This document shows, one piece after another, positions 37,401 through 51,095 of a stretch of 64,000 bases of DNA. Numbering within the stretch: position 1 is the first letter of the stretch; every line of letters starts with the position of its first letter. Below the pieces are notes generated by a model. It did not search any database and had not been told where the DNA came from. It saw nothing but the letters and a program-made list of their open reading frames with translations. Position numbers and translations under genes: made by a program. Source of the stretch: Phoronis australis (Eukaryota > Animalia > Phoronida); the NCBI GenBank assembly GCA_002633005.1, contig NMRA01000369.1, positions 147,885-211,884 on the forward strand, read 5' to 3'.

Positions 37401-38278
37401 AATTGCTTTCCTGAGGTCATAAATCAAAGTAAAATGAGGAGAAAAACCATACCTAATACAAAAGGACTAATAAGTCATAAATGTTACAACAATACATGTA
37501 TATAACAAATTGCAAACATGAGAAATACCTTTTTAAACCATTGGCTATAAAATATTACATTATTATCTATTATACCAAATTGGAATGTAAAAGAAGTCGT
37601 CAACATACAAACGCATAATTTGTGCTGCGTATGATTTCAGACCAAAATACATTCTAATGTCTTTTGCACAAGTACTATAAAACGCATCTCCAAAAATTAA
37701 ACAGTTACACGTTCTCAAAATTTGTCACAACCATATAATAATCTTTTAAATCAAGATAATTTCAGTGATTTCAAAAATAAACTTTTACAGAGAGAAGTTA
37801 GTTCTCTTCTGGACCAGGTTGCCAAGACGTTTTTGAATTTCTTGGATTTTCCGAGTGTCATTTAAACCAGGAATCTAGGATAGATTGACGCTGAAGTTTA
37901 TTCCCAAAACGTAAATTGACCTAAATGCCATGAGAGATTAACCGATCCATATGCAATGAGTTTTGTCCGTATTAAGTTTCAGTTCCGAAACTTAGAAAAT
38001 TGGTCCATCAGTGAATTAGAGTTGTTTTTTTTTTGTTCTTTATCTCCAGTTTGTATTCCCTTTATGTTCTTATTATTCAGAAACATATTTGCCATAATCT
38101 CCACGCATAAAATAGATGGTGTGACGGGGTGGCAGAAAAACATTTATAATGTGGGATAGTACGCCAAGAGCTGGCAATTGGCAAATACACTGTACGCTAT
38201 CAGCAACACGAAGTACTGGATTGGGTTCTTGGTTCTTCTACACAGTAAACTTTTCATTTTTAGAATTTTATTTCACAG

Positions 38279-38297
38279 GTATGGGTAAATAGTACAG
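38279..38297 (+). CDS. CRHBP: CRH-binding protein micro-exon 2 (VWVNST)
   Basis: ttttatttcacAG|19 nt|GTAAGA. Converts phase 0 to phase 1 exactly as required. An upstream acceptor at 38263 (34-nt exon) is also in frame. Confidence 0.55.
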
Positions 38298-39975
38298 GTA
38301 AGAGTAAGCCTACGTCTTTGAAATCGAATTAACAAAAACGGCATCTGGTCGACAAACATTGCACAATTGAACTACTATAAAAACAATTGAAAACAGTAAT
38401 AGTACACACGCGCGCACTTACAGGAATTACGCGTAATTTTTCGAAAGTTACGTAAATACACTTTTATATAAGCCAAATGCACTTGCTTCCGTAAAATAAC
38501 ACCCAAAAATGTCTTGCTGAAAAACTGATCACATAGTTGTCGAAAGTGGTTCTACAACTGGAGTTCAAAGGACATCAAAGTCCAAACCATTCCCGACATC
38601 CACCCACAACCAAAGGTCGGTACTTATTAAGAATGACCAATGTTCTTGTCGTGTTTGTTGACTAATTTTGCCGAGAGATCGCTGACGGTATGGAACTGTA
38701 CCTCAGGAGTCTCACTTGATGAACAATAATAACAAAATGAAAATGAAGCTGTGAAAATAAGCTTCATGTGATAACTACAACACTCGATCAAAACTCAGTC
38801 GAGCAGGCATCTGGAAATTTTCAGAGCAAATTCTCGCTGTTAGTCTCGGGTCGCAAGCAGAATGCGTAGGTCACGGAGAGAAGTTGGCGTTCCAGGGCTA
38901 GTTTTATGGTCTAACCTTAAAGAAGGTGTTTTTTAACTCATAACTTGGTCTTTTTGAAAAAATCGGCGTCTAAAATGTTTGAAAATCTGCGCAAGATCTG
39001 TACACGGTATCTTTCTAGTTTGAAAGTCAACGCACAATCAGAATTTAGCATACATGTATGTGTAGTTCTCGATGTGATACACAAATGGGTCGCTAAATGC
39101 AGTGAGCAATAAACCCGCCGCGTGCCGATCGACTGTTGGTCATCTGTACTCGGTCTCATTCTATTCCTTTTTCTGAGCCATCAAAACGATTTCTAAGCTT
39201 AAGAAGAAATGGTTTTCAGCATGCGCGCATCCAAGCCGGGGGTACTCGGTGTGCTCGAACGAAAAGTCCACTAAAAAAGCAGTTGCACAACTCATAGCTC
39301 TTAACATACCCCATTTTTTAGAGAAAGGCCCACAAACCCAAGTGATCTGCTACTGACCGCTTGAAAATATATACCTCAACTTGTTCCTTACTCCGAGTGA
39401 GTATAGTTCGGTAGCAGCCCTTCATTAACACAAACTTCGTTGAAGACACGACTGTAGGCTTACTTTTTGTTTAACACTTGTTCGAAGCCTCAAAGGAATC
39501 TTCTGTCTTCAGGCGTTCAGGAGCCTAGCAAAGACCGAGAGACATAACATACAAATAAGTTAAAACACTAGCTATATTTCGAGGTCACGTGTCTCATCAC
39601 CAGGCAATGAGTGAAATGAACATAATACGAAGTCAAATAATCAGTGAAACAAACGGTGACAGGAGGTAGAGGGGCATACACACGGTTAGGAAGTCCACAA
39701 GCCTCAGTAGCGAAACGAACGAATGAGCGTTACACACCTGTGAGCACAGAGTGTTTCAGTGCAAAGAAATGACAGTTCGTTATTCCTCGAGAACATTGTA
39801 GGCCCAAAAGCTGACACATAGTGACAAGCCAATTTGCAGAGCCTGGTCTCGAGCAATTAGGCCTGCCAGTCTTTCCGAAGCCTTGGTGGACAGACGTTCA
39901 GCGCCACCTACAAATCCCATTGCAGACGCCGGGAGGTTTCACCCTATTGGTATAAACTTTTTAACGCCTTTAATG

Positions 39976-40584
39976 TATGATGGGCCATTGGGGGGAAAGT
40001 GTCGCCGGAAAAATACGAGCGCAATTGTGTACATTACGCCGTTATTTACGCCGTTAATTACGCCGTAAAATTACGAGCGTAATTTAATTCTTTACGGCGT
40101 AAAATTACGCTCGTAATTTAGTTTAAAGTCTTAGCCAATGACGTTGGGTTTTACAATCCACGATCGCGCGCGCTCATGGAAATACTTATTTACTGACGGA
40201 TTTCATGTCTACGATATGAGCGCTGAATCATGGCGGATCAAATCGCTGCTGCCATGTCAGCGATTGTGCAAGAACGAGCTGCCCAGCAATAGTCGTGTAT
40301 GTTAGGTCATCACTGATTGGTTTAAATTTGGAACATTCTTAAGGTATTTTACGAGCGTAATTTACGGCGACATTTCCCCCTTTTAATTTACTTGATGCAT
40401 AATTTTACTGCAACACTTTTGCAATTTAACTTACGCTCGTAATTACGAGCGTAATTTTATGGCGAAACTTTTCCCCATTTAATTTACGAGCGTAATTGTA
40501 CGGCGACACACCTGCAATTTAATTTAAGCTCGTAATTACGAGCGTAATTTTCCGGCGACACTTTCCCCTCAACGGCCCACCATA
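39976..40584. mobile_element. IS3EU-like non-autonomous DNA transposon, 6-bp TSD
   Basis: TIRs TATG(A/G)TGGGCC(A/G)TTG(G/A)GGGGAAAGTGTCGCCGGAAAA. TTAATG is duplicated at 39970-39975 and 40585-40590. Many internal AATTACGAGCGTAATT motifs. Confidence 0.8.
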
Positions 40585-42090
40585 TTAATGTTATTATAAC
40601 GCCGGCAAATTTTCACTGCTGTGCGATGGGATGTACCAATGCTTTGCAGTAAAAGACAAATGTTTTGAAATATCAATGGATGGACAAGGGCATGGTGCCC
40701 AGTGCATTTACCTTTACCGGGACTGCGAAGAATTAGCGCTAAAGCCAGTGGGTGCGGCTGATAAAGTGGGAAAATGTCGATCCCAACCGATGTCAAAAAG
40801 CTCAAATAAATTTGTGTACTTAAACTAATCAGACATTGAGAGAGGTTGACAATGGAACGTATCCCTCTGTCTTTAAACTGGTGAAGCACTATGTAGTGAT
40901 TGAATTTCTGTCCACCCCGCAAATCAGAGTCGGGAACAAGCGGAGGTCACTTTCATGCTCTCATTATCCTAGAGAGCACCAAAGTCCGCTGTTAGAGACC
41001 AAGTTCGTAACGGTCTAAATCGAAAGCTGTAGTGATGTTGGAAAGCAGGTTAATGAACATTTTAAAGTGCTTAAAATCGTCAATTTCATACCAAAAATAC
41101 CAGAAACAGCTCCACCAGTCGATCAGCTATCAATTTAGAAGACCCGCAAACACTATCTGACGATTAGTTGATCTCGAGTGGCGGCGCGGAGCACTCATTG
41201 GTCGATAGATGCAACAACCAATCACAGCGCTAATCATCCTCCAATGTACACTATCATGTGTTTAGTGTGAAAAGTTGTCAGACTATTGCTCTTGCTTTCC
41301 CTTGGTTTATGACTGCATAATAAGGAATTGGCGAAGTGTTGCGTTTGTGGTGATTGTCACAACTTAGTATTTTGACCCTGCCGTGCCTCTCCCATGGGAC
41401 ATCGGAGATCGAAGCGCGGATGTATCACACGTTTGTGCACGAAGCTCGGGTGTTGGTGGACAACTGAAGACCATAGAGATTGGCGCTGAGTAGGCTCACA
41501 CTCATGTCTGAACTAACAAACTTTCAATTGGAGTCGCCTTCTTATATTTTCTCGTTTCGGGGATATTGAATTCACAACAGTGACATTCAGTGTCAGTCAG
41601 TTGTCAAAACATGGTAAATGGTGATTTTAGGCACTTGACTGGCGGTACGTGTTTGCTCAGTGTAGAAAAAGTGATATATCGAACAGTTTCCTGTTACATC
41701 TCGTAATTGGCAACTCTTAATTAGTGCAATCGATGACCTAACTAACACATATTCGTGATATAATATATTTATCAATTATTAAATGTTATTCTGAAATGTA
41801 ATTTGAGGACAAATGTGCAAATCACGTACTATGTTTCTTGCCCATGCACGTTCGCACAAACTTACACACTGTGTAGCGGGTTTACCATTGAACACTACTG
41901 TAACTGCTACATGTATACTTGGTGTGTGCCCGGCGCATGACAAAGGATTAAGGCATTACATGTACCTTGCAGTTACAAGATCACGCACGAACTCTCAACT
42001 ATTTATATACAAATATTAAGTTCTACAGCGACAGTGTCAGTTCGTATCGTGGAAAGTGCGTGTAATATATCTTTCCTACAGAAACATTTC

Positions 42091-42148
42091 CTTTAATTAA
42101 TTGTTATTTTGTGTAGGACCTTTAATTAATTGTTATTTTGTGTAGGAC
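42091..42148 (+). repeat. 29-bp tandem duplication
   Basis: CTTTAATTAATTGTTATTTTGTGTAGGAC x2. Confidence 0.9.
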
Positions 42149-45100
42149 GCTCCTCATGTTAACTTGAGCAGGCGACCAAACTTTTTGCTACGACACTTCC
42201 AACAGCTTTTTGTGCTTAGGTTGGTTTGAATGTTTGGTTTGAACAAGTACCGGTTAAAGCAGTCTGGAAACCAAACTGCTGTCAGATCACATCTTTCTTT
42301 GAAGTGAAGCGTTTTCAATCCTGAGTGAGACGTGACAAAGTCGACGTTTGCTGTTCAGGACTCTGCCATTAATCTCCTAACAGATAAAACCCGCACTAGT
42401 CTTATACAAATTGAGTCGCTTTCCCATTAGAAGCGAAACTACGCTTTTACCGAAGTCAAAAGTTAACTCCGGTAGTTAATCTTCATGCGAAACTTCGCTT
42501 AAAATAGTAGGATTTAAAAACGAAGCTTCAGTGCTCACCGAACCTCCAGTGGTAGGCATAGTGGGAAAACTAAAGACGAAGCTTCGTCAAAGTTATCGGT
42601 AGGGGTTGCGGCAACGATATATGATCACGCGACACTCGCAAAACGCGTTATTGTAGCGTAGCCGACGTGCTCTCAATAGACGGACGTAAATAGAGAATCC
42701 TATACTCGTCCCAGGTTAATGACATGGCCAAAACCTCTTGGGAATTTCGTCAAAATCCCTCAGCTTTTTTGTTTTCTCACATGAACCGTAAAAACGACCT
42801 TTTTGCCGAAAAACTCGACATGTATAAAACTTTCAACCACATGACGTAACTTTAGTAAAAACACGCTTGTGCAATGTAAAATAATTCAGTTACTTTTTGT
42901 TAATAGTTTTATTTTAAACTTAGCAATTTCAAATTGCTTTGAGCTTTCGTAGCAAATATTCAAGTTAGGAATTTAGTAAATAGTCTTTGAAGTTGTATTA
43001 TTAAAACTTAAAAAATATTTATGAATAACATTCATCAAGGCTTCCCCGCGTGTGAGCACTGAATTGATCTTGAGACAGCACAGCTAGACAGTCTCACCGC
43101 GTTTCTTGAGTTGGGTTTCGTCTCCATTTGAATGAACTTGGATACGGAATTCGCCGCCGAAGATGGATCCGTTTAAGAAGTTGTTTGCATGTCCTTCCGA
43201 CTGGGAATACGGGCAGTTGCGACACCCGATTTGTCAATCATAACCTTGTCACCTTCTCGTAATCCTCGTTTGGTTGGCTGTCATGGCGATAACTTCGATA
43301 TCGCTGTGTAGTCGGAAATGTAATCGAAGTTTCGGCGAACCTTCGGTAAACCGAAGTTCCCATTACGGGAAAGCTACCTTGTTCCGAAAATTTGATTTCC
43401 TTTACTGAAGTGCTGAACAGGAAGTGCGAAAATCTTGCTAGTGTCGCCTGATCCCTTTCATTAAGCACTCTAATAATCCTTGGTGACAACCGTGATACTT
43501 TTTTTGGTTTGTACAAAAAATAACATCATTTTGAACAACTTGAAATCAATTTTACTACCAATTATGACTGCACTCACATTTTTTGCATGATGACGGCAAT
43601 TCGTGATAATTTATGTGAATACAATCACTTCTTCACAATCCTTTTTATCGTGGAAAAACGCGGTTTTGGGGTTATTGTTGGTTAGTTATTATGTTTGACC
43701 AGAGTTGTAAACCAGTAAAATTGGTTGTGTTTTTGTGACGTTATTAGAAGTCACTGAAATTCGCGAGGCCGGTCACCTGATTGGCTACTTGCCAAGTTGA
43801 TTTTAGCTCTGCTAGCAAAGCATTCTGTCGAATTCCTTCTAGATGGGGCTGCTTTCAAATGTACTACATTTTTGCAGTCACTAATGTCACTTTAAATACT
43901 TAGTAATAATCCATTAATTTTATTTCAGCCGAGAGAGCTATTTTATTCTAAATCTAATGTGCCTTTTGTTTAGCGCTTTTTCTCGACAGCGTAGATAAAT
44001 TCGTATTGTTCAGTACAAGAAGAGCCTAATCAGACAAAATACCGTTTCCCTGATGACGCTGATGACGACTAATTCTGTTAACATCAAAAATGACTAGCGA
44101 TGACTATTAGGGCGGAAGATTTTTATACAGAATTGCTTAGCCAGTTTTATAGAGTTCCTGTTTACTACCCTTCAGTCTTGGTCATCAGGGAACACTACTC
44201 TGACTATGAATCCGGCTTCTGCCCAGTCGTCATGGCGACGAATTATGGGTAATTTTGTCTGAATGCTTTTGGCTTGAACATGTATAACTGGGTGGAGTTC
44301 ATTAACGCTAGGACCTCGTTAAATAGTAAGAGTTCGCGAGATTACGTGAAATATCGCCGTGTATTTTAAATGAGAACACGTGATTATGGATAGATTATAA
44401 CGAGGTCCTACCGTAGGTCCTAGCGTTGCGTTCTTGTTCCCGTTTAGTGTAACATCTCATAGTTGCAGTTTCCAACATTCAAGGAATCTTCGAGCTGGAA
44501 CTCGAGACTATTGTTGACATTATCTGTTCTACTTAAGCACGAAGTAAAGCCAAATGCCTTGGATTGTGTATTCGAGCATTATGGTTTATTAATCAGGTGC
44601 GATTCGGGTCAAATTTGCTCTTGATGATCCCTAAATTTGACTTACAAACTTGAGTTCAATCTCGAGATTTCAAGTTCTGACCCGAGGTTATAGCTTTAAT
44701 GGTCGGGTCGTCAAGTGCAAAATAGTATTACACTTTCATTCACGAAAATTATGATGTAGTGGAGCACACGATAATAGATAAATGTTGTTATCTCGAGTTT
44801 GTATTAAAGCAAAACAGAAAATGTCAAAGATAACTTCAGGAGATCGAGTTTGAGTTAGAAGAGTTGCCTAAACCAGTCAACGTCTTCTGCTTAGATATGT
44901 TATATACGTATTTTTAGAGAGATGGCGTTTCCAGTCAAAGACGTTTAAAAGACATAGAAGACTCGGTTCAGCCACATTATAAACAATGGAAACGCTTGTA
45001 TCAAGATCAAGAATACGAGAACGAAGTTCTAAAGGTCGACAGCACCCAAGCTTTCCCTATAGGTAATACCAGCAGTTACAGTTTCTAGCATCATTGTTGG

Positions 45101-45269
45101 CAATCTTTCCTCCCAGTGCTCTTTTTCAGTCATGAATACAATTCTTTTACCGCGAGGTTTGTTATTTCGTAGTATGCCACCTGCAGTTCTTCTCTCACGA
45201 GTCGTCTCTCATTTCTTTTGTCACGCACCACAAGTTTGTTCTTGGCGAACATATTTCTTTCATCAAGAA

Positions 45270-45611
45270 CATAGCGGATTTAGGGGGGCAGGGGGCCCGC
45301 TCCCCCTCCCCTTCTGCCGCAAGCAAAGTGAAACAGCAACAGCGTGAAACGTGAGAAAATATTGAGTTTAGTAACTAGGATTTGTAGCGGATGAGGGAGT
45401 CCTCAGAATCGGCAGAATCGTGTTCCCGTTTTTTTTTTTTTTTTTTTTTACTCCACCGATACATTTTCTGAACCTGAAAAGGTCCACATCCTTGGTCCCC
45501 GCAACTTTCAGGCCGCCTGTGCACACATACAGTCGCGCTTTGCCCAAGGCAACATGTTGGAGACATGTATGACATGTTGGGCCCCCTTATGGTATCCTAG
45601 ATCCGCCACTG
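45270..45611 (+). mobile_element. hAT-like MITE (short form) with 5-bp TSD
   Basis: Ends CATAGCGGATTTAGG and CCTAGATCCGCCACTG, flanked by AAGAA on both sides. Homologous to 8425-8764. Confidence 0.85.
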
Positions 45612-47644
45612 AAGAACCGGCTACATAGTATCAAATAGAAGTAGTACCGGACAGAGAATGAGAAGAACTGTGCTTCTTGGGGATAGAAAGTAGTTCGAAA
45701 AAACAGAAAAGAAATGTTCGAGCTCTTGCGAAGAGCAGATGTATTGCTGACTAAAACAAAGTCAGTGAAGTCTGCTATCTAGGAAATTTGTCTAACCTGA
45801 ACGTATAATCTTGAATTCAGCTCAATCTATGATGCATGCAGTGCGCTTACAGGGAACATTGTATAGCCAGTTAATTGTAAAGGCCTTTGAATTAGTAAGT
45901 GTTAAAACATTTACGTGATTAATGTGTTTTTCATAAAAAGTTTAAGAAAACGTTCAACGAAGAGCTTTCAGGTAATACTCGCCGCTGTGAAAGTGCGGCA
46001 GCGCATTTCGTATTCAAGTCCTCTCCTTTATAGTTCCGGTAAAAAGTACTGCTTTGTTCTAGTTCGTGGCAGTCTACAAAGTAGTTTAATATACCAATCA
46101 ATGAAAAGTAGCCAGACCTTGTGAGGTGATCGCGAGACTTGACTTACTAACCGCATTATCTTTTGTATCTGCATCATATTATCGCAAATGACATTGGGGA
46201 AATTTTCAGGTTAAGTAGTCCACAGATTTATAAATTAGCAAAGTTTTGGAATGTCATTGTGTACGCGATACTACAGTGAATGATCCAATCACGCTGGTGA
46301 TAACACTGTAACCTACAATTCTTTCAGATCGTAGTTACGTAGCCTAAAATGTATGGAAATGATAATTTGGACTACATCGTTTTTTAATTTGACGTTTCGT
46401 CTTGAAAACTTCAAACAAGATGTGGCCATATAAATATGCGCAGTTAGCATAAGGTCCTGAGTTCGAGTCCCGGTCGGGGGCAAATATCTTTTCAGACTTC
46501 TGTTCATTAGGTCCCATGATGTGACCAACAGGTGGCGTGCTGACCATCAGACTTAAACAAGTTTGTGAACATTTGTTGTTCTGCTATCATAGTGTCTTTC
46601 TTTTGCTAAATTTTGCTAAAAGACATAGTTACGCGACTCAGTTGATGGAGCATTGGTATGAAGTCAAACTCAAATTAAACAGGCTTTACATTTTCAGAAA
46701 TAATAAATACATTTTTACCGAGTTAACATATAGTTTCAGGGGCGGGTTTAGGGGGGAAGGGGNTGAGTTTTGTAGATACCTCAGTGTTTAAATAAAGTGA
46801 CTTGACCACACAGACGCTATCAATAATGGCACCCCGTGCCTTTCGTTTTAGTCAGGTCACAAGGTCTTGTCCAACTTTGGAGTGACTGAGGCTCGGCCCG
46901 GCCCTATCGCAGCATCCTTGATTGACAAATGCATTAATTTTTATGTTTTTGGAAACCACGGTAGCTTATTCTACTTCTACCCCGGGAACCAGCGAATGGT
47001 CCTGACTCTTGAGAGTTTGGAGATCAGATCACACAAGTCTACTCGAGACATCACTATGCATCGCAAATAAAGTTGGTCATGGCACGGCCATTGTACTGTT
47101 AAATAACATGCCATTGTACTGTTAAATAACATGCCATTGACCTTGCCTGGCTATTGCCAAGTCCACTTTTTACCCCATGCGTCATTTGTCATTGCGTGCA
47201 ATCCAAAAATAAAATGCCATGGTAGTTGCTTAGCGTGATGGACACTTCGTGCGTATTTAACAGTTTGCATTGCAATTACTAGAACTACATTTCCACAGTA
47301 TTTGGTAGTTAAGAAATTAATTAAGGGCGTGATAGGACTTGACTTCCGCCATTCCCACTAAGAACGTTGAAACGCGAACGACTCAAGAAAAGACAGAGTC
47401 TGTTTTGGTTGGTCAACTCTTCAAACTGTGAATACGCCAGTTACTTGCAATTGGGTTGCCGGTTCATTCGCCATGGCAGCAACAGGGCCAGACAACTGTG
47501 GTATTTTTCTAAATCCCAAAATAAAGCACTTCGATTTCGAATTCTACATTGACAGCTAAACAGCAGCAAAATCCCACTCTTATTCACACTGAAATGAAAT
47601 AATTGATGATAGTTTAAACAAATAACTGTTTTTGTTTGAGCCAG

Positions 47645-47802
47645 AATGCCTTCACATGGAGACTTTGGAAGGTGACTACGTGTACACATCAGATGGCAGG
47701 AAGGAAGTTTGCGGAATGTACATTGTAGGGGAACCAGATGTGTTGGTGCATGTCGACGTATTATCGGTCAATGCAGACTGCAAGCAAGGAGCCATAGTCA
47801 GC
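47645..47802 (+). CDS. CRHBP: CRH-binding protein exon 3
   Basis: ECLHMETLEGDYVYTSDGRKEVCGMYIVGEPDVLVHVDVLSVNADCKQGAIVS matches CRH-BP CLDMLSLQGQFTFTAD..CAAFFISEPEE..VSIDCQGG. AG/GT boundaries. Confidence 0.92.
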
Positions 47803-48887
47803 GTATGTATATGTGCTTGTTTTCTTTCGGTTATCAGCTTGTAGATTTAAGCAGTTAAATCGCTCGCGCAGGGAATGGATCGTCGCTTTTGTGTAAGCAC
47901 ATTTTGGTACAGTGTTCTACGAACGGTGTAAGCGCAAGTATTTTCTTAAATTTATCAAGCCTTAATCTTGTGATAGTTTTCAAAATATGTTAAGTTCTTT
48001 CCACTGAACATTCAAAAGCGCTCTTTCCATTCACCTTTCAAAGGTGGATCAAAGATATACCATGGCATTAGCAGACGTTTGAGGTTTCGTAGCTTAACAT
48101 TTTTTAACAAGTAAAACGACACGCGTAAAAACACCAATTTTCATTGGGCTAATTATCATTTGCCCACGTGTTTTTCAGTGAATGCGTCATCCCTGCATGT
48201 TTCTATACATGTACTTAACTACACCTTGTGGGAGCTGTTAGGCACGCATGCGCGGAAGTGTTTGTTACTAACTTGGCAATTGTTGTTGATTATTTTGACT
48301 TGTCCGCAGATGCAGTCATCTGTCGTTTTAGAAAATATTAACGGTAATTTTTTAAATTCAAACCCCTTTAAAATGTTTCTAATATTCCACAAAGCGTTAA
48401 AACTGAATTCATTGACTGGTCAAGATGTTCATTTTAGTGTGATGTTTTTTATGAAGTTCGTATCAATTTAAATAATACCTAAAGAAACAAGGCAGCTATT
48501 GGCTAGTTTCGATTAAATCGGTTAGATATTATAGAATCAAAGATGTCATTCAATATCCATCCGAATGCACTTATGAACTTAATTAATTTTAAAAAGCGTG
48601 ATACCGCACCATGCCCTTGATGATTTCAACTCCATTCGTGAGTTTAGCACTGTAATAATACGTACATGTGGTAATGTCAGACCGCAGCTGCTGCAGGTGT
48701 AGTGTTTCTGAGAAATCGAACCCTGCGCAGCTACCTTTTACTGCGTGTACAGTACACAATACATACATATGTACAGTGTAGTAACCTGTGAATTTAATTA
48801 AATTAAATTAAAGATATTACATCTCGAACACATGTGTCTCGAGACAATCAATTTTCTTTGTACTAAGCAAAGTATATGTAATTGTAG

Positions 48888-49095
48888 TTTGTCGACGGCT
48901 GGGAGCTTCAGGGTGAATACTTCCCCTCCGTGGAAGATCATGTTCTTCCGCCGGAAGAGCGTTTCGCAGAAAGCTGTGGGATGGATATACCAAAGCGATT
49001 CACGGCTCATCAGAATGCAGCTGTAATTCAGTTTCTCCTACCCAAGAAGGGACAAGGGTTTACCATACGAGTTTCCTTTAAGAAAATAAACCGAC
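48888..49095 (+). CDS. CRHBP: CRH-binding protein exon 4
   Basis: FVDGWELQGEYFPSVEDHVLPPEERFAESC..AHQNAAVIQF..GQGFTI matches FDGWILKGEKFPSSQDHPLP..RY..FC..SSQNVAMIFF..GNGFTL. Confidence 0.95.
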
Positions 49096-50023
49096 GTAAG
49101 TTCTTTAATTCTCCGGCCGCTTCCCAAAAACGCAGTGTTGAGAATTGTCATCGACTTATTCTTCGATGACGGTTGTACAAATTAATAGTTTAAAGTATAA
49201 CTTTATCTCGTAACGTTATGATTGACTACAACGGTGACAATCAAAATTCGCATGCGTAAACCTGCCATGAAACGCGTAAATAGTGTAACGATAAAAGTGT
49301 CATGGGACATCATTTATATCAGAAGTAGCCTATCCACAAAACATAAAACCCACTTCACTGGAAAGAAAACTTTCAACCAAATAATTGAGTAGACTATGAG
49401 TACATTTGGAGTTGAGCGTTTTATGAAAAAACGTAGGCTTTTTATCCGCACTACAGCGAAGTAGTCACCAGGGTGTGATTAATGTTGTAAACAATTAGTG
49501 GCATAACTTTTTATGGTGTTGTAATCACAATGTGCGACGTTGCCTACTATGCAACGATTCATTGTTTTAATGCAATACAAAGAGGATTGATTTGTGGTCT
49601 GCACTGGCCCTTTCGAAGAAACGCGTGCGTTCTTAGTCAGGCGGTGACCATGACCAGAGGGTGATGCTTAGGACTGTGAGCACGTTGGAAAAATTTCATG
49701 GGGCAAACTGGAAACCGAGGAACAGGGACAGACAAAGTTCTGAATTCTCCGGATGGTTCAAATTTGTAGATGAAGCGGCGACCTACAGAGGAGAACATTA
49801 AGGGACGCACCTGGGACCCGTTTCACTATTTAGGCTGCCCGAAATTCAAACCTTTTCTTGCAAAACAGGTCCCGAATTTGGTAGTTTTAATTAAAAATTC
49901 GATTGCTACTAGGCCTATATACGAATTCTTCAGCATTTCGGTTAGCCAATGGGCTTAAAATGCCATGAAATCGACCTACAGTCGTGCATTAAAAAGTTTG
50001 ATTTTTGGAACGTTTCGTTTCAG

Positions 50024-50202
50024 CATGTAACGTTGTATCCATGTATCCAACCGGCGTTTATACGTTACGTAACTTTGGAAGAAAAATCAACTGCAGTGTT
50101 GCAGTCATCTATCCGGTCAGCGTCAAAATACTGGCCATTGATGTTGGTCAGTCCGACAAAAAGGGTGACGTCAGCGCCAAGCATACAAGGACAAAAACGG
50201 AA
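50024..50202 (+). CDS. CRHBP: CRH-binding protein exon 5
   Basis: PCNVVSMYPTGVYTLRNFGRKINCSVAVIYPVSVKI matches PCNVISQTPNGKFTL..RNCSFSIIYPVVIKI. Donor GAA|GTGAGT. Confidence 0.95.
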
Positions 50203-50724
50203 GTGAGTCGGTTACGTTATTAAAAAGTAAACCATTCGGCTTCGGCCCTTGTTCACTGATCATGGGGTGCATTTGTTGGACTTTGCCGGTTCCGTCCGCC
50301 ATCTGTCAATTGACTCAGACATCTGATTGGTCGGCTTTGATAGGTTTCGAAAGGTATTGACGCCCAGCGCCTTAACAAAACATCTGGGTTACGTTGATCT
50401 TTTCGTGTTCAAAAGTAAAAGTGGGTAGAGTTCAGAAGCTGTCTCGCGGCTAGAACATTTAGGCAAAATCACGTGATCTCGTTAAAAATACACAGCAAAA
50501 TCTCGCATAATCTCGCGAAGTTTTGCTTTTCTAGCAAGGTCTTAGCCGAGATCGAGGTGCTGGTAAACGTTATCGAACTCCATCTTGATCTCGGTCACAC
50601 GAATACGTTCAACGTATGGCCTTTATGTTCAAAAGTTTGGAGAAGGCGACCGTGCGTTGCATTTTTTTGAAAAGATTCTATCATTGTTGGTCTAATTATT
50701 GACTTCCTGGAGCACTTCTTTCAG

Positions 50725-50827
50725 TGTGAAGAATTAGATAACGTTCAGCTGTTGGACGGCACTGGCCTAAGTACTTCTAAGATGCGTAAAGTCCTTCCGC
50801 CCATCTGTGGGATCATTTCATTACCAG
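50725..50827 (+). CDS. CRHBP: CRH-binding protein exon 6
   Basis: CEELDNVQLLDGTGLSTSKMRKVLPPICG matches CEGIGDFVELLGGTGLDPSKM..DLC. Boundaries ttctttcAG and CAG|GTACGT. Confidence 0.93.
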
Positions 50828-51095
50828 GTACGTACATGTATTTTCTTCACAATTTCTCTTTTACATTATACTTGGCAAAAATACCAAAGGACTGTGGCTC
50901 GCACCACAAGTCATGCAGCCCTCTAAACATTGTTCGCTGCCGTTCAGTTGCTCTGAGATGAGTAAGTTGGTAAAGTAAATTAATTTATTTTTCCACTTTT
51001 CATTGTTGGAAAACACTCGTTTTTGTTACCACAAGTATGCCGTACTTACATCTGAAAAAATATTTCATAAGGTATCAAAATTAATATTTTGAGTT

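Noticed and set aside
44046-44192. CTGATGA-containing inverted repeat as a hammerhead or C/D snoRNA
   Set aside because: No stem II plus GAAA core and no proper C/D arrangement; only a 12-bp inverted repeat (TTCCCTGATGAC).
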